A stretch of 62,512 bases of DNA, the filler included, from Kipferlia bialata (Eukaryota), in NCBI GenBank assembly GCA_003568945.1. It is 5 parts of 5 records of this genome, joined end to end, with 100 filler letters (N's around TTAATTAATTAA, not from the genome) between each part and the next. Parts side by side here need not be neighbours in the genome. Positions count along the whole stretch, not along the records: positions 34,377 to 53,838 come from BDIP01000420.1; 4 more parts are not named here. One strand, given 5' to 3'. Under the pieces are notes generated by a model. That model was given only the letters and a program-made list of their open reading frames with translations. It had not been told where the DNA came from and ran no database searches. This document shows positions 37,703 through 51,583 of this stretch, one piece after another; within the stretch, counting starts at the first letter, position 1; each line of letters starts with the position of its first letter. The translations under genes were made by a program, and so were the position numbers.

Positions 37703-40700
37703 ATGGACGGAGGGTCGCGTGCCCCTGCCAGAGGGTGGGAGAGAGGCGCCCAGAGAGCACCACAATCCAGTCGAGACACAGAGACTGCGTGGAGGAGGGA
37801 GAGGGAGAGGTACTCTCAGTCGGGTCCAGAGACCAAGGACCGGAGCCTCGACGCCTACCGGGACAGGCTGAGAGAGAGACAGAGGGAGAAGCAGCAAGAG
37901 GCACCACCCCCTGCGCCTGCCCCTGTAGCTGTACAGGAGGATGAGGCCGAGAGCAGTGAGTCTGAGGTGGTACAGTACGTTGCCACCTCGCTGCCTGTTG
38001 CGGCACCTGCATCTGTACAGAGAGTGGTAGAGAGAGGGGGGGAGAGAGGGAGAGACGCTGCTCGTGTTGATGACTACTGGGCCCGGGAGAGAGAGAGAGA
38101 GCAGAGGAGGGGCTATGACTCCAGGGAGTCCTCTTCATATGGCTCCAGTGGCAGATACCCCAGGGAGAGGGAGAGAGATATGGGGAGGAGAGACAGCTGG
38201 GGTAGGCGTCAGGAGTATGACAGGGAGCGGGGTGCCAGTAGCAGGTCCCAGTACCCTGCCTACTCTGACAGCAGTAGGTCTCGCAGGGACGAGTACTCCC
38301 CCAGAGACAGATACCCTCGGGAGAGGTACGATGAGCGTACCTCTCGCCCTGCCTATAGGAGTCAGCCCTCTGACTACTATGACCGGCATCCCCAGGGCAG
38401 GGTCGTGGAGAGAGACCCCTACCCCAGGGAGAGGTCTAGACCAGTGGAGCCTAGGAGGCAGGGCTGGGAGGGCAGTGACCCCAGATCCACAGGGTACCCC
38501 AGGGAGCAGGAGAGGACACAGGTCCGTTACCCTCCCTTCACCACTCCTGCCACGCACCATCATGTCCCTGCACCTGCCCCTGCATATGCATCTCCTGCCT
38601 ATGTCTCCCCTACTGCTGCCCCTCACTCTGTACCCAGGGTGGCCACTGGATGGGGTCTACAGCACCCATCTGCCGCTGTGCATGAGGTGCCCTCAAGGGA
38701 GGCGTCGAGGGAGGTGTCTCCTGCTAAGGAGGCGGGGAGCCGGGATGTATCCCCACTGGCTGTATCTCACCTCATCAGGTTGGTGTATTACAATGATGAA
38801 CTCTATTTGTTCCGATATTCACCTCAGCTCTGGTGTGCACCAGCGTCAGCCCCACTACTCGTCGGCCGCATCTCCCCCCTCCAACCGCCCTGCTGCACGT
38901 CAGCTTGCCCCTTCCCCTCCTAGGCAGGCTGACACCCGCCCTGGTAAGCATGATGTTGACACCCGTCATAGGGTCATGGCCAGTCCGCTCCTTCTGAGCT
39001 CTGAGGATGAGAAGCGTCAGACCAGGGCGGTAAGCCCGTCTCCATCCTCCATCATCACGCCAGGTCAGTGTGCTTTACTGGAAAAGTACGAATAGCTAGA
39101 AGTGTCATATCCCTGTGGCAATCACTCTTATCCCAGCTCGTTCTGATCCAAACTCCAGCAGGGACGCATTGCTTCTAAGGTTAGTACACTGGTTGTGACC
39201 ATACATTCGAGTATTTAACCATTATTGTCGCTAATGAGTCACTCAACTCCAGGGACGTTGCGATGGCTCCCGGAACCAAGGAGAAGCTCGGCAATGAGGA
39301 GGTCGCCAAGACCGGCAAGAGCCTCGTGAGCATGCGCCTTGACAGCCTCAAGAAGAAGAAGGCTCGGGAGAAGAGAGAGAAGGAGAGGAAGCAGCGCGAG
39401 GAGCAGCGCAAGGAGAAGGAGAGAGAGGAGAGAGAGCGGAAGCAGAGAGAGAAGGAGGATCGGGAGAGAGAGGAGAGGCAGAAGGAGCGTGAGCGTCTCA
39501 AGCAGAAGGAGGCAAAGGAGAAGAGAGAGAGAGAAGCCAAGGACATTGACGACCTCCGTCTTAGAGAGGAGCTTAAGAAGAGAGAGCTGAGGATGGAGAA
39601 GGAGCGGGCCCGTGCTGCTGAGAAGAAGAGGGGTCACGATCTGAAGAAGAGATCCGACAAGGAGAAGCGGAGAGAGAAGAAGGAGAGAGAGGAGAGGGAG
39701 AGGAAGAAGGAAGAGGAGATTCGTGCAGAGAAGAAGCGCAAGAGAGCAGAGCGCAAGCGGAAGGAACAGGCGAGACTAGAGCGTCAGATGGAGAGGGAGA
39801 GGTTGGAGGAGGAGGAGAGGGAGAGAAAGGCGGAGAGAGAGAGAGAGAGACAGTTGAGGAGAGAGAGGGAGAGAGATATCGAGATGCAGGAGGACGTGAT
39901 CAGCGAGTCCGAGGAGTCTGAGGAGTCTAGTGAGGGCGTTGACTACGATACCCTCTTCGACACCAAGTGCTGTGCACCTGCCAAGAGAGGGGACGGCGGG
40001 TACGTAAGTGGATAACACACTCTATTTATATATACAAATCTCACCGCTAGCGCCTGTCTTCACCGCACCAGCATGGATGAGCGCCAGGAGCTCACCCAGT
40101 ACATCATGGACATTGACGCCGAAATCAGAACAAGGTTAGTAGTGTATTGTGATGCCAAAATGACGATTATATCATCATTCAACTGTTGTTCCTAGGTACA
40201 TTCCGTTGTATTTACATCATGCTCACTGACAGGGTTGCTGATGGCGAGGGTCCCGAGGTCGGCATCCGTTCTGAGCTCTATCTGCCATTTGTCAGAGAGT
40301 TCTTTGAGGATAGAAACGATCACAGGATGTACTGCGACAAGGTATTGTTCATTATCCACAGATTCTGTGAGCTTCATTGCAGGTACTTATCTTATACCAG
40401 GCTATATCCACGGTCACCGGTCTTCTGCCTGGTGAGGTCCAGAAGATCAGGAACAGGATCAGAAAGGCATGTGTATGTGATATGTACTATTTCTCATGTC
40501 TTGGTCTTCCTCTCACAACCAGGAACGCAGAGCTGGCCGTGTCACAGAGAAGTGGAACCGGAAGCTGCCAGACACTCCTGTCAGGAGGGCATCCAAGCCC
40601 GCCAAGGTTAAGGTTGCTCCAGCTGCTTCAACCCCCAAGGTCACTCCCAAGAAGGCCCCTGTCAAGAAGACTCCTAAGTCTACACCTAAGAAGACCCCCA

Positions 40701-42318
40701 AGACCAAGGCCACTCCTGCTAAGAAGAAGGCACCATCTCTGGCCAAGGCTGTTCGGGAGAAGCAGAAGAAGACAACTTCTAAGGGAGCGTCGAAGGTGTC
40801 TGCTCAGGGCAAGAAGCCGGAGCCTCGGGTATCTAGAGCACAGTCCAAGCGGGAGAGAGAGCCGGCAGAGGAGGAGGAGTCCTCAAGTGAGGGCATCGAC
40901 TACGACACTCTCTTCGACGGAGAGTGCTGCAAGCGTGGGTACGTAGCATGTCATACACATATACGAGACAATATACATAGATATCACGCCCTTGTATTCT
41001 TACTCCAGACGTTGCCTAGTGACCACCCCCCAGCAGGAGAGAGACGCCCTGATCGAGGAGATCCACACCATCGACACCGAGTATGAGGGGATGGACAAGG
41101 AGCACACACAGGCCGTGGAGGCATACATCGCCAAGCACTTTGTGGACAGGAAGGACGAGAAGGTCTACTGCGCCAAGGTAGGAGACTATATCTATTTACC
41201 TTATTATGTGTGCATTGTGTGGTGTGGTATTCTGACCCCAGGCCATCTCCACCATCACTGGTCTCAGGGAGGCACAGACCAAGCTGGTCATCAGGAAGAT
41301 CAACCAGGTACAATATACATATACATTCACATATAGTTGATAGATCAACCTGCCGGGTACAGTGTATGTGTACGATATACTGTTTGGTGTTATATAGATA
41401 GTCTTACATCAGGCCAGCATCCTGGCCTCCAAGCGGAGGAAGAGGACCCCTGCCCAGTCCCACAAGGCGTCTCTTTCTGCCACACCCACCGTCAAGCCTG
41501 CCAGTGTCACTATATCCAGTCCCAAGGACAAGGTTGCTGACACCAATGGTGATGTTGGTGTGAAGAAGGAGCACGCATTGCTAGTTGTCGAGTTCGAGAC
41601 TGAGCCTGCTGCATCACAGCCTGAGAAGCAGAAGGATCATGTTGTGGAGGCTAAGCACAATCCTCCCATGACAGTAGACTCTGCCACACACGGTGACGGC
41701 ACTCTTCTTGTGGACCCCATGGCCACAGAGGACACTGCAAGGCCCAGTGGCGCGACTGTGAGAGCTACTGGCGGCTCATCTCCCGTACTTCATCCTTCAC
41801 ACTCTCAGAACACCAAGGACGTCCCACCAGTCACCGTTGAGCCGGATGTACCAGTTGCCCCATCTCCCCCTGTTGTTCCTACCACTCCCTCTGAGGTCCC
41901 CATGGAGACACTTCAGATGCTGGCTGGTGGTAAGACAGCAGATGGTGACTTCCTCTACCTGTACAAGGGGGACATGGCACCTGAGAGGACAGAGGTGGCA
42001 TCCTGTGTGGAGATACCCCCAGAGGTGCAGAAGTACCTGCCTCAGCCCACAGTCTATCCAGCTCCCTCGGGTACTAGTGTCACTGCTGGTGTTCTTGCTC
42101 TGTCAGGTACTGACTCCTTGGGTGCTAGTGCTGTCTCTAGTGCTGTCAAGGAGGAGAGCAAGCATGGCCCTACAGTGTCAGTCCCAGCTGAGAGGGAGAG
42201 TGAGAGCCCGTCTCTTGGCCAGAAGCGCCCCAGGTCCGTCACACACTCCAAGGCTGCATCATTCAGCCCCATTGGGCCCCACCTGAGACAGGCAAAGAGA
42301 GTGCCAGAGGACCAGTGA
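37703..42318 (+). CDS. Large hypothetical protein: RE/RY-rich N-terminus, K/E/R coiled coil, two CC-x-C modules, histone-H1-like KKTPK linker
   Basis: Long exons joined by short introns. The two internal repeats are DYDTLFDTKCC...ACLHRTSMDERQEL...FVREFFEDRNDHRMYCDK|AISTVTGL and DYDTLFDGECCKRG|RCLVTTPQQERDAL...YIAKHFVDRKDEKVYCAK|AISTITGL. Stop at 42316-42318. Confidence 0.75.
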
Positions 42319-42667
42319 GACTCATTGGATTCTGTTTGATTTGGATTTGAGTTCAGGTTGAATTCTCATTGAGAATTGTTTCCCTCGTCCTCTGACTGAG
42401 AGACTCAGTTGTTGAGTATATTCAGTATTGTTTCTAATATATTGGTAGTGTCACTCAATCGTTGGGCAATATGGTATGCAACTCTTCATGTGATATGCTA
42501 CTACTTGATATGTAGGAGTGGTAGACGTTGTTTCTCCGTATGAGTCAGGTTTTGACTATATATATATCAACCTTACTAGTGCAAATGATATGCTACATGT
42601 CTATTGTTACTGTTTCTTGGTGGGAGACGTCTCCATCTGGGAGTATCTAGATGGCCCATCCACCCTC

Positions 42668-45600
42668 TCACTGTCCCTCACACGCACAGTGCGGCGCCTG
42701 AAGTTGCTGCCCCTGGCAGTGCCATGGGGCCTGGGGTGAGAATGGTCTGAGTACTGAATGCATACTACTATCTATACATATTAGAGTACCAACCTTGGCC
42801 CCGATGGCGGCAGTGGTGTGTAGCAGGTGCTGAGGATGGACCTGACCTCAGACAGCACACCGTCCCCTGGCCTCTCTCTCTCTCTCTGCCTGCCCTGGGT
42901 GGTCCTGGGTGCTCTCTCTCTCCCCATGTCTCTCTCTCTCTCTCTCCCTGAGCCCTGTCCGCCCTGTGACTTGGTGCCCTCTCTCTGGGCATCGGCTCTC
43001 CACTGCTTGACGTCTCTCTCCATCTCTCTCTCCCTCTCCCTCTCCCTCTCTGTCTCAGTCTGTGTGTCCTCAGATACAGGGGACGCTGGAGAGAAGATGC
43101 TCTGCTGGGTATCTCTCTCTCCACCCTCTCTCTCTCCCTCCCTCTCTCCCTCTTCCTCTGAGGGTGTGTAGTCAGAGCGGCCAGTGTCTGGGGACATGTC
43201 GTCAGACTCATCCTGAGGGTGAGTAGCAAGTCCGTACTCAATACAAATGTATATATAGATATAGATATAGATATAGATATATAATATATAAATAATACCT
43301 GCCCCCCACTCATCCAGGACAGTGTCACTGGTTGGGGCAGGGCTATCCTGGGTCTCTCCCTGGAGACACTCCTCTCCCTGGAGGAGTAGAGACGGTCCTC
43401 AGTCACGCTGGGGGTAAGACACTACATAGATATACTACAATAGAGCTAGAGAGAGATGCCCCACCTGAGCTGTGCCCTCCCTCCTAGGACAAGTGATGGT
43501 GTCAATAAGGGGCTGTTATCCCTCATGGGCAGGGGTGACTGGGAGTAGCCCTGGGTCTCTCTCTCCCTCTCCCTCTGGGGCATGTCTCTCTCTCTCTCCC
43601 TCTCACCATCGAGGGTGGGTCTGGGGGTGGGAGGCAGACGATGCAAATATAAGAGTTGTGCCACTATTAATTCCTAGTAGCTTGAGAGAGAGAGACCTCT
43701 TACCTCCCCTCCATGGGTCTGGGTGCACTAGTGTACGTTTCTTGTACATACTATATACATATACATATACCCACCTCCCCTCCATCGGTCTGGGTGTGCT
43801 CCTAGCACTGTCTGCCTCCACTGCTAGGGGGGCAGGCCTCTCGATGGTCATGGGCTTGGACCGGCTCACACTGCTGATGTCAGGAATATATATAGATATA
43901 GATATAGACATATATGTATACAACGATGGGCTTGGACCGGCTCACGCTGCTGGGGCTGAGTAATTATACAGTAATATTACGATATATACATTGAGATATA
44001 TACATCAGGGGGGTATCATATGCTAACACTGCTGGGGTAAGGACATGAATTGACCTATGAAGACAATTGACAAATCGTGTGGAATAGTGTGTTGAAAATG
44101 GACTCGACTACATAATGGCTACCGTAATTGATATAACGATACGTATACACACACCTGCTGTGGAGTACTGCCCTCTGCCCCATGAAGTCTGGGTTCCACT
44201 CTCCATCCCTGGTGGCCATGGACTCGGGGTGGTAGGACTGGGATAAGATGGTATACATGTATATATCCATACTCATATATGGTATACACTGTACCTGAGT
44301 AGGTATGGCCGATGGCTGCACCCTCTTGTCGACCCTGAAGACTGGTATGTCGACAGGGCTGTCACTGGCTGCCACCCTCTCTCTCTCTCCCCCTTTCTCT
44401 CTCTCTCCCTCAAGTGCACCCTCTCCCATGGGCACTATGGGTATCTCCTCACTCACTCTCTCCTCCTCTACCTCAGAGTGCTCTCCACCGTGGCTCTCGG
44501 CCTAGGGAGTAAGACGCATATCATATATAGTACTTAACATGTATACATACATACCTCTGGGGTGTCCCCCTCCTGGGGTAGGTCTGAGACAGGTCTGTCA
44601 ATGGTGTCGGTGCCCAGCCAGTTGCCAACCTAGGGGTGATGTGAATGCAGTGCACTATAGATCCAACGTACGTAGGGTGAGGATGATAGAGAGCTCAGAC
44701 AACTGTACACTGATACCAACCTCATCGTCGTCTGAGTCGAAGAGGTCACCCGAGAGAGACGACCCATCCTCCATGGCAGAGGACTCCTCTCTCTCCCTCT
44801 CCTCTCTCTCCCTCTCCTCTCTCTCCCTCTGCTCAGCCTCCTCAGCCTCTCTGGCCCTGGCTCTCTCCTCCTCCTCTAGCCTAGCAACCTGGGTATCAGT
44901 ACAAGCTTGTGTATGAATACATACTAACATATATATGTATAAACAGAGAGAGATATATATAGAGAGAGAGACACAGCCTGGTTACCTCGGCCTCAAGAGC
45001 AGCCTCGTCTCTCTCCCTCTGCCTCTCTCTCTCCCACTTGGCGAGGGCCTCTCTCTTCTCAGCGAGCTCGGCTTCTCTATCCCTCTCCTTCTCTCTCTCT
45101 CTCTCCTCCTCCTCCAGTCTCTCTCTCTCTCTCTCTCTCTCAGCAGCAGCCTCCGCCTCGGCTACCCTCTCTGCCTCTCTCTGCCTCTCCTCCTCTCTCT
45201 CTGCCTCTCTAGCAGCGTCAGCCTCTCTCATCCGCTGCTGCATGTTGGCCTGCTCCAGCCTCTCCATCTCAAGGGAGGCCTCTCTCTCTCTCTCCCTCTC
45301 TCTCTCCCCCTCAGCCTCTCTGGCCTGTAGGGCGGCAGTCGCACGGGCCAGACGCTCCTGAGAGGCCCTCTCCTTGGCATGCTGCCTCTCTCTCTCCCTC
45401 TCCCTCTCCTCCTCAGCGAGTCTCTCCACCGCTCTCTCTCTTTCTGCCTCGGCCTCTGCCTCTGTCTCTGCCTCGTGGTCATTCCCGACATCCTGAGGTG
45501 GGTACAAGGGTATATATATATAGAGAGAGACAAATATAGATCTATATGGTTATGTGTACAGAAATGTATATGGTCACTCTCGGCATCCTGAGGTAGGGTT

Positions 45601-48469
45601 GGACATGGAGAACTATATATAAAGCGATTATAGGTATCATATATGAGTAGATAGTACCTCGGGGTAGGTGTCCTTGGGAGCCTCCACATCTACAACAGGC
45701 TCAGCCTCCATCTCCTCGGCAGGTGTATCCTCATTCTCATCTGACTCATCTGACATGAGAAGGAGGGAGAGAGAGAGAAAGAGGTTGCTATGAATGCAAT
45801 AGTAATAGTATATGTCTGACATGAGAGGGAGATAGAGATGGAGACAGATAGGCAGGGAGAGGGGGGGAGAGGGCGGGGCGGGGGAGGTTGCCGGGGGCAG
45901 CGGACTACCCACCAGTATATTTAACTCATATATACCCATACCTGACTCCTCGAGTGAGGTGTCATCAGCTGCATCCAGGGACGAGTCATCTGAGGTGGGA
46001 CATTCATTACACTGGAATACATGTATATATGTATATATATCAGACAAATGAATAAAACATATGCAGGGACGACTCATCTGGGGTGAGAGAGGTTGATGTC
46101 TACTATACACATTGTTCACATATGCAATGGGTCACTCGGTCAAGAGCAATGGGGGAGGATGGGGGATATGGAAACACAAAGATATATACCCATACACGAC
46201 GAGTCATCTGGGGTAAGGGAGGTATAACAGTATAACACATAGAATTTCTATTCACATATGTATATGTATAGACTAATGATACCTGAGAAGTCTGAGCCTG
46301 CATCGAACTGCAGCATGTCAAACCCACCCGCAGCAACCACGGCCTGCTCAGCCTCAGCCTCAGTCTCTCTCTCTGTCTCAGTCTCTGCATCTACTACAGG
46401 TGCAGGGGAAGAGGATGCGGGAGTGGAAGAGTCCTTGGCAGTACCCTCCTCTCTCTCTCTCTCTCTCTCAGTCTCTGTCTCTGTGACATCAGCAGTAGTA
46501 CCCACTGCATAGTACAGCTCTGGGCTGTTGCCTGCCTCCTGGGCAATGTCGCCCTCATGGGTCTCCACCCTCTCCATAGTATCAATACCCTCAACACCCT
46601 CAACACCATCTACACTGCCTAGTAGGGCCTCCTCACCCTCTAGAGTGTCTAGAGTGTCTAGGCCCTCCATTGCCTCATCGGCATGGTCGAAGTCAAGGGA
46701 CAGGTCAGACAGGTTGACATCCTCATGGTCACTCTCTCCCTCTGACTCTCCCTCTCCCTCTCCCTTTCTTTCTGCCTCTACAGGCATAGGGGTGTGGGAC
46801 ATGACAGGAATATCCTCTGTCTCAACATCCACACCATCCTCTCTCTCTCTCTCCCCCTCTGCCTCAGTGGGGAGAGTGGGTACAGTCTGGGTGGGAGGGA
46901 GAGAGAAGGAGGCAGGGGGGAGCACAGCATCCACAACTGGCTCCACAGCAACCTCTACCTCTCTCTCTACCTCTACTAGAGGCTCGGCCTTAGTGACAGT
47001 ATCCTGGTGTCCCTCACTCTCTCTCTCTCGCTCATCCTTGACAGGTGGAGACTCAGGCTCAGGGTGGACAGAGTCCACGGCAGTCTCCTTCTCAACCTCT
47101 CCCTCCTCCTCCTCAGAGGTATCCTCATCGTAGGACTCATCCTCACTGGCCTCATAGTCGTTGAAGCCTAGGATCAGATACACATATACTCCTATATATT
47201 CGAATATATATATATAGAGAGAGAGAGAGAGAGTCACCCTCACTGGCCCTCATAGTCGTTGAAGCCTTGGGTCAGATACACATACAGGTAGAAAACACAT
47301 ATGTATAAATACACATATAGAGAGAGGGAGATATACCTAGGTCCATGTTGTTGAGGTCGTAGTGCTCCCCATCGTCCCCACTGCTGCTCTCCTCCACCTT
47401 GGTCTCTCTCTCTCTCTCTCCCTCTCCCTCTCCCTCTCCCTCCTCTGCGAGTACATAGGGTGTGTATGCAGGTGCCTCCACAGGGTGTATCACAGTGGTG
47501 CCACTCATAGTGTCTACAGGGTCTACAGGGTCTGCAGTATCCATGGGCGTGTGTGTATCAGGCATGTCTGGCACAGGTCTCGAGGGGGGGCTGATGGAAG
47601 GAGATGCAGGGGTGTCACTCTCTCTCTCCTCCACAGCTGTAGCAGGTACACCCTCTCCCTCTCCCTCACTCTCTGTCTCTGTCTCTGATGGGGCAGGGGG
47701 GTCCTCTGTACCCTCTGTGGCCTCATACTCCACAGGGGTGAAGCCAGACACAGGCTGGGGAGGGGCCTTCTCTACCTCTGCCTCTGCCTCTCCATCTCCA
47801 TCTGCTTCCTCTAGTGCAGCTGACATACTGAGGTTAGACATCAGTATACGGTCGCAACAGATAGAAACGAACACACACGGCATGATTATATATACATACA
47901 TAGTATACAGACACACATATGTATACATTATATCGAATTTATGGCCTCATGTCCATCATGTAATACATATATATAGATATAGTGTATATAATATAGTAGC
48001 ATTACATACCTGGCCATGTCCATCATGTCGATGCTCTCACTGTCACTGTCCCTTCCACCCTGCAGGTCCTGGGGTGAGGTATATATATATATATGTATAT
48101 ACGCATATAATAAAAAGAGAGAGAGCGAGAGAGAGAGAGAGAGTGAGAGAGATCGTACCTCCTCTCCCACTATCTCAAAGTCAGCCATGCCCATACAATA
48201 TATATATTGCATATATAGTATATACATATGTATGGATATATATATAGAGACAGAGAGAGAGTATATATAGATAGTGACTCCCTCATACCTCCTCTCCCAC
48301 CATCTCAAAGTCCGCCATGTCCATACCCATGCCCATGCTCTCACTGTCACTCTCTCTCTCCCTCTCACTGCCACTCTCCCCCTCTGTGCTCTCACTGGAG
48401 TCCTCATTGAGACGCACATCGCCCACACGCTCAGACGCCCTGGGGTAAGTAGAGATAGGAAGAGAGATA

Positions 48470-48504
<35 letters not shown>

Positions 48505-48994
48505 ATGTGAGGCCTGGTGAGACTGGGATTCATGTACCGAGATGACACATATAGTTATAGAAACATATTTATAATGCAATGGTAGGTACATTTTCACATG
48601 CCTGAGGGAGGATGCGAGGCCTGGGGACCGACCCCCAAGGTGGCCACGCTCTGGACTATCACTGGGGTGAGAGGGGCTGATAGAGACAGAGAATAGTATG
48701 TAAATAATAACTTGCATTGGATATTTACACACCTCGACCATTTTCAGATATATAGGGTATATATATATATTAATATATACGTATATGTACTAGGGTACCT
48801 CGACCTCCTTCTGTGCAGTGGGGGTGCATCTGCCAGAGTATCATACACACACACACACATATATATATATATATCACATGTATCATAATAATACTACTAG
48901 TATATATACACTCACCTCGACCGCCTTCTGTGGAGTGGGGGTGCATCTGCCAGGATGCCAGGGCCAGACGGGACCTGATATAAGTATACACAGA

Positions 48995-49027
<33 letters not shown>

Positions 49028-51105
49028 AGAGGGGACCTGGGGGTGAGTGCTAATACGTGCACTAAATATTTCTAGAATATACCATGTGTGAAGAGTACCA
49101 GTGGTGAGTACCAGTAGTGAAAACGTGAGTATCTGCTACCATATGAGTAGTACATGATACAAATATAGAGACGGTAGTAATAGAATACAACACATACCTC
49201 CTCCAGTCCGTCTATGGGGGTGAGTATACACATAGTATAAATATATATATATATACATATATATACGTATGATCTAACGTGTATGTATAAACCATGCCAT
49301 ACCTCCTCCAGGCCGTCTATGTAGTATAAATATATATGTATATATATGTATATATATTCTATGACCCACCTCCTCCAGCCCGTCTATGTAGTGTGTGTAG
49401 TAGTCCCCCCTCTTGGACTTGGTCTGGGGGCTGGGGGGTGAGGAGAGAGACAGTACTACATATTCTATATACTACATATATATATGTACATACACATATA
49501 TATATATGTATTCACACTTCATCTTGGACTGGGGGCTGCGGTGAGGGAGAGACGTCGGGACAGAAACACGACATACTATGGATATATACATATAACCATA
49601 CCTGTTCCCCTCTCCTTCTATGTATGCCTCACTGTCCTCTGTGTCTGATGACATGTATACTATAATACAATATATACATAGTGTGTGCACTCTATAGAGT
49701 ACATATAGTATATACCTGTTACCCTCCCCCTCCCCATATGCCTCACTGTCCTCTGTGTCTGATGATACATGCATATATATATACATATACATACACTAGA
49801 GTATATAGTATATATATATAACTATGCCTATCTTATACCTATTTCCCTCCCCCACTATGTATGCCTCACTGTCCTCTGTGTCTGATGGCATCCATACAAT
49901 AATACAATATATACATAGTGTATACACTCTATACAGCTATGCACCTGTTTCCCTCTCCTTCTCCATATGCCTCACTGTCCTCTGTGTCTGAGGGCATGTG
50001 TATATATATATACATATACATATACCAATGTATATATAACTATATGTATACCTGTTCCCTTCTCCCTCTATGTATGCCTCACTGTCCTCTGTGTCGGATG
50101 ATACATACATATATATATATATACATGTATACTATGTCTATATAATAATATATACCTATTTCCTTCCTCTGCATATGCCTCACTGTCCTCTGTGTCTGAT
50201 GGCAGGGGAGGGTCCATGTCAGAAGAGTACATCACAGCTGGGGGTGAGACACTTATACATGTATAATCATAATACAGAGAGGGGAAGAGAAAGAGAAGGG
50301 GGATCCATATCAGACGAGTACATCACAGCTGGGGGTGAGACACTTATACACGTATAATCATAATATATAGAGGGGGAGAGAAAGAAAGAGAAGGGGGATC
50401 CCTGTCAGACGAGTACATCACACCTGGGGGTGAGAGATCACAATCATAATATATATATATGTAGAGAGAGAGAGACATATAGGGGGGGAGAGAGAGATAC
50501 TCACTTGTTGTAGATGCCCTGTTCTCATCCAGCGTGTACATGGATGTCCGGGACTCCTTGAACTTCTCATAGATGGTGGTGTACTCCTCCTAGGGGTGAG
50601 ATGATAATGATGGTATTCACAGTATAGAATATACATATATACGATACCAGTTTATGGAAATGGTAAGATGGTGGTGTACTCCTCCTAGGGTGAGAGGGTA
50701 CACATGGAAGTATATTCCTATAGTGGAAGAGAGAGAGAGAGAGAATGGCTGTATTCTTGAACTTCTCATAGATGGTGGTGTACTCCTCCTAGGGGTAAGG
50801 GTATAGAAATAGACATACACACACACATATATATATATAAATATGTACGATATCAGAACATGGGAATCGTTAGACAGATAGAGAGAGGGAGAGAATACAT
50901 GCATTTGTGAAGACTTGTCTGGTACGTCTGGTGCAGTTGGTATACAATACATACTACATATAGTATATACTAAATAGTATATATATAAATATATATTTAC
51001 AATATACATACCTCTGTGATGTCCCCTGTCTGGTACATCTGATGGAGCTGGGCAATGTCATCCTCGGTGGGGATGTACTCACCTGGGTATGAGTATATAG
51101 TATGT

Positions 51106-51147
<42 letters not shown>

Positions 51148-51583
51148 CTGGGCAATGTCATCCTCGTCAGTCGGGATGTACTCACCTAGGGGTGAGTATA
51201 TAGTGTATATAAATATATATATAGAGGGAGAGAGATGGTTAATGTCATCCTCAGTGGGGATATACTCACCTGGGGGGAAAGACAGGTAAGAGGGAGAGAG
51301 AAAGAGAGAGAGGGAGGGTGAGGGTAACCATAGTACAGTGAGAAAAGAGGGGACGAGTTGCAGGGGGGGGGGAGGGGGGGTATTACATCTCACATATACT
51401 CGCACATCAGAGGACCTATGCAGTATGTTGCCACAGTGGGACGTACGGGTACGTTGTGTATATATAATATTTAGTGCCCATCACTGGCAGGGATCAGGGT
51501 CAAAGTCGATGTGTCCAATTATACACACACACACACACACACGTACCATCGGTGTACTTCTCTGATGTCATGCAGTTCCCCAT
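42668..51583 (-). CDS. Very large acidic low-complexity / coiled-coil protein with N-terminal MGNC acylation motif
   Basis: Exon 1 (51583-51547) MGNCMTSEKYTD joins in frame to GEYIPTEDDIAQLHQMYQTGDITE|EEYTTIYEKFKESRT... Long E/R-rich exons lie at 47338-47828, 46283-47167 and 44986-45492. The last exon ends near 42668. Confidence 0.65.
49600..50240 (-). repeat. Six copies of an exon 3' end + donor site (SDTEDSEAYxE(G)EGN R|GT)
   Basis: The + strand core ATGCCTCACTGTCCTCTGTGTC occurs six times, each copy carrying a GT donor on the - strand. Confidence 0.92.

Noticed and set aside
40467..40522. Apparent GC-AG intron
   Set aside because: An in-frame canonical GTATGT donor lies 6 nt downstream, so a GC donor is not required.
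44935..47133. Long + strand S/L-rich ORFs (SLSLSL...), and similar antisense ORFs elsewhere
   Set aside because: These are antisense shadows of (GA)n-rich coding exons or read-through of intronic microsatellites.
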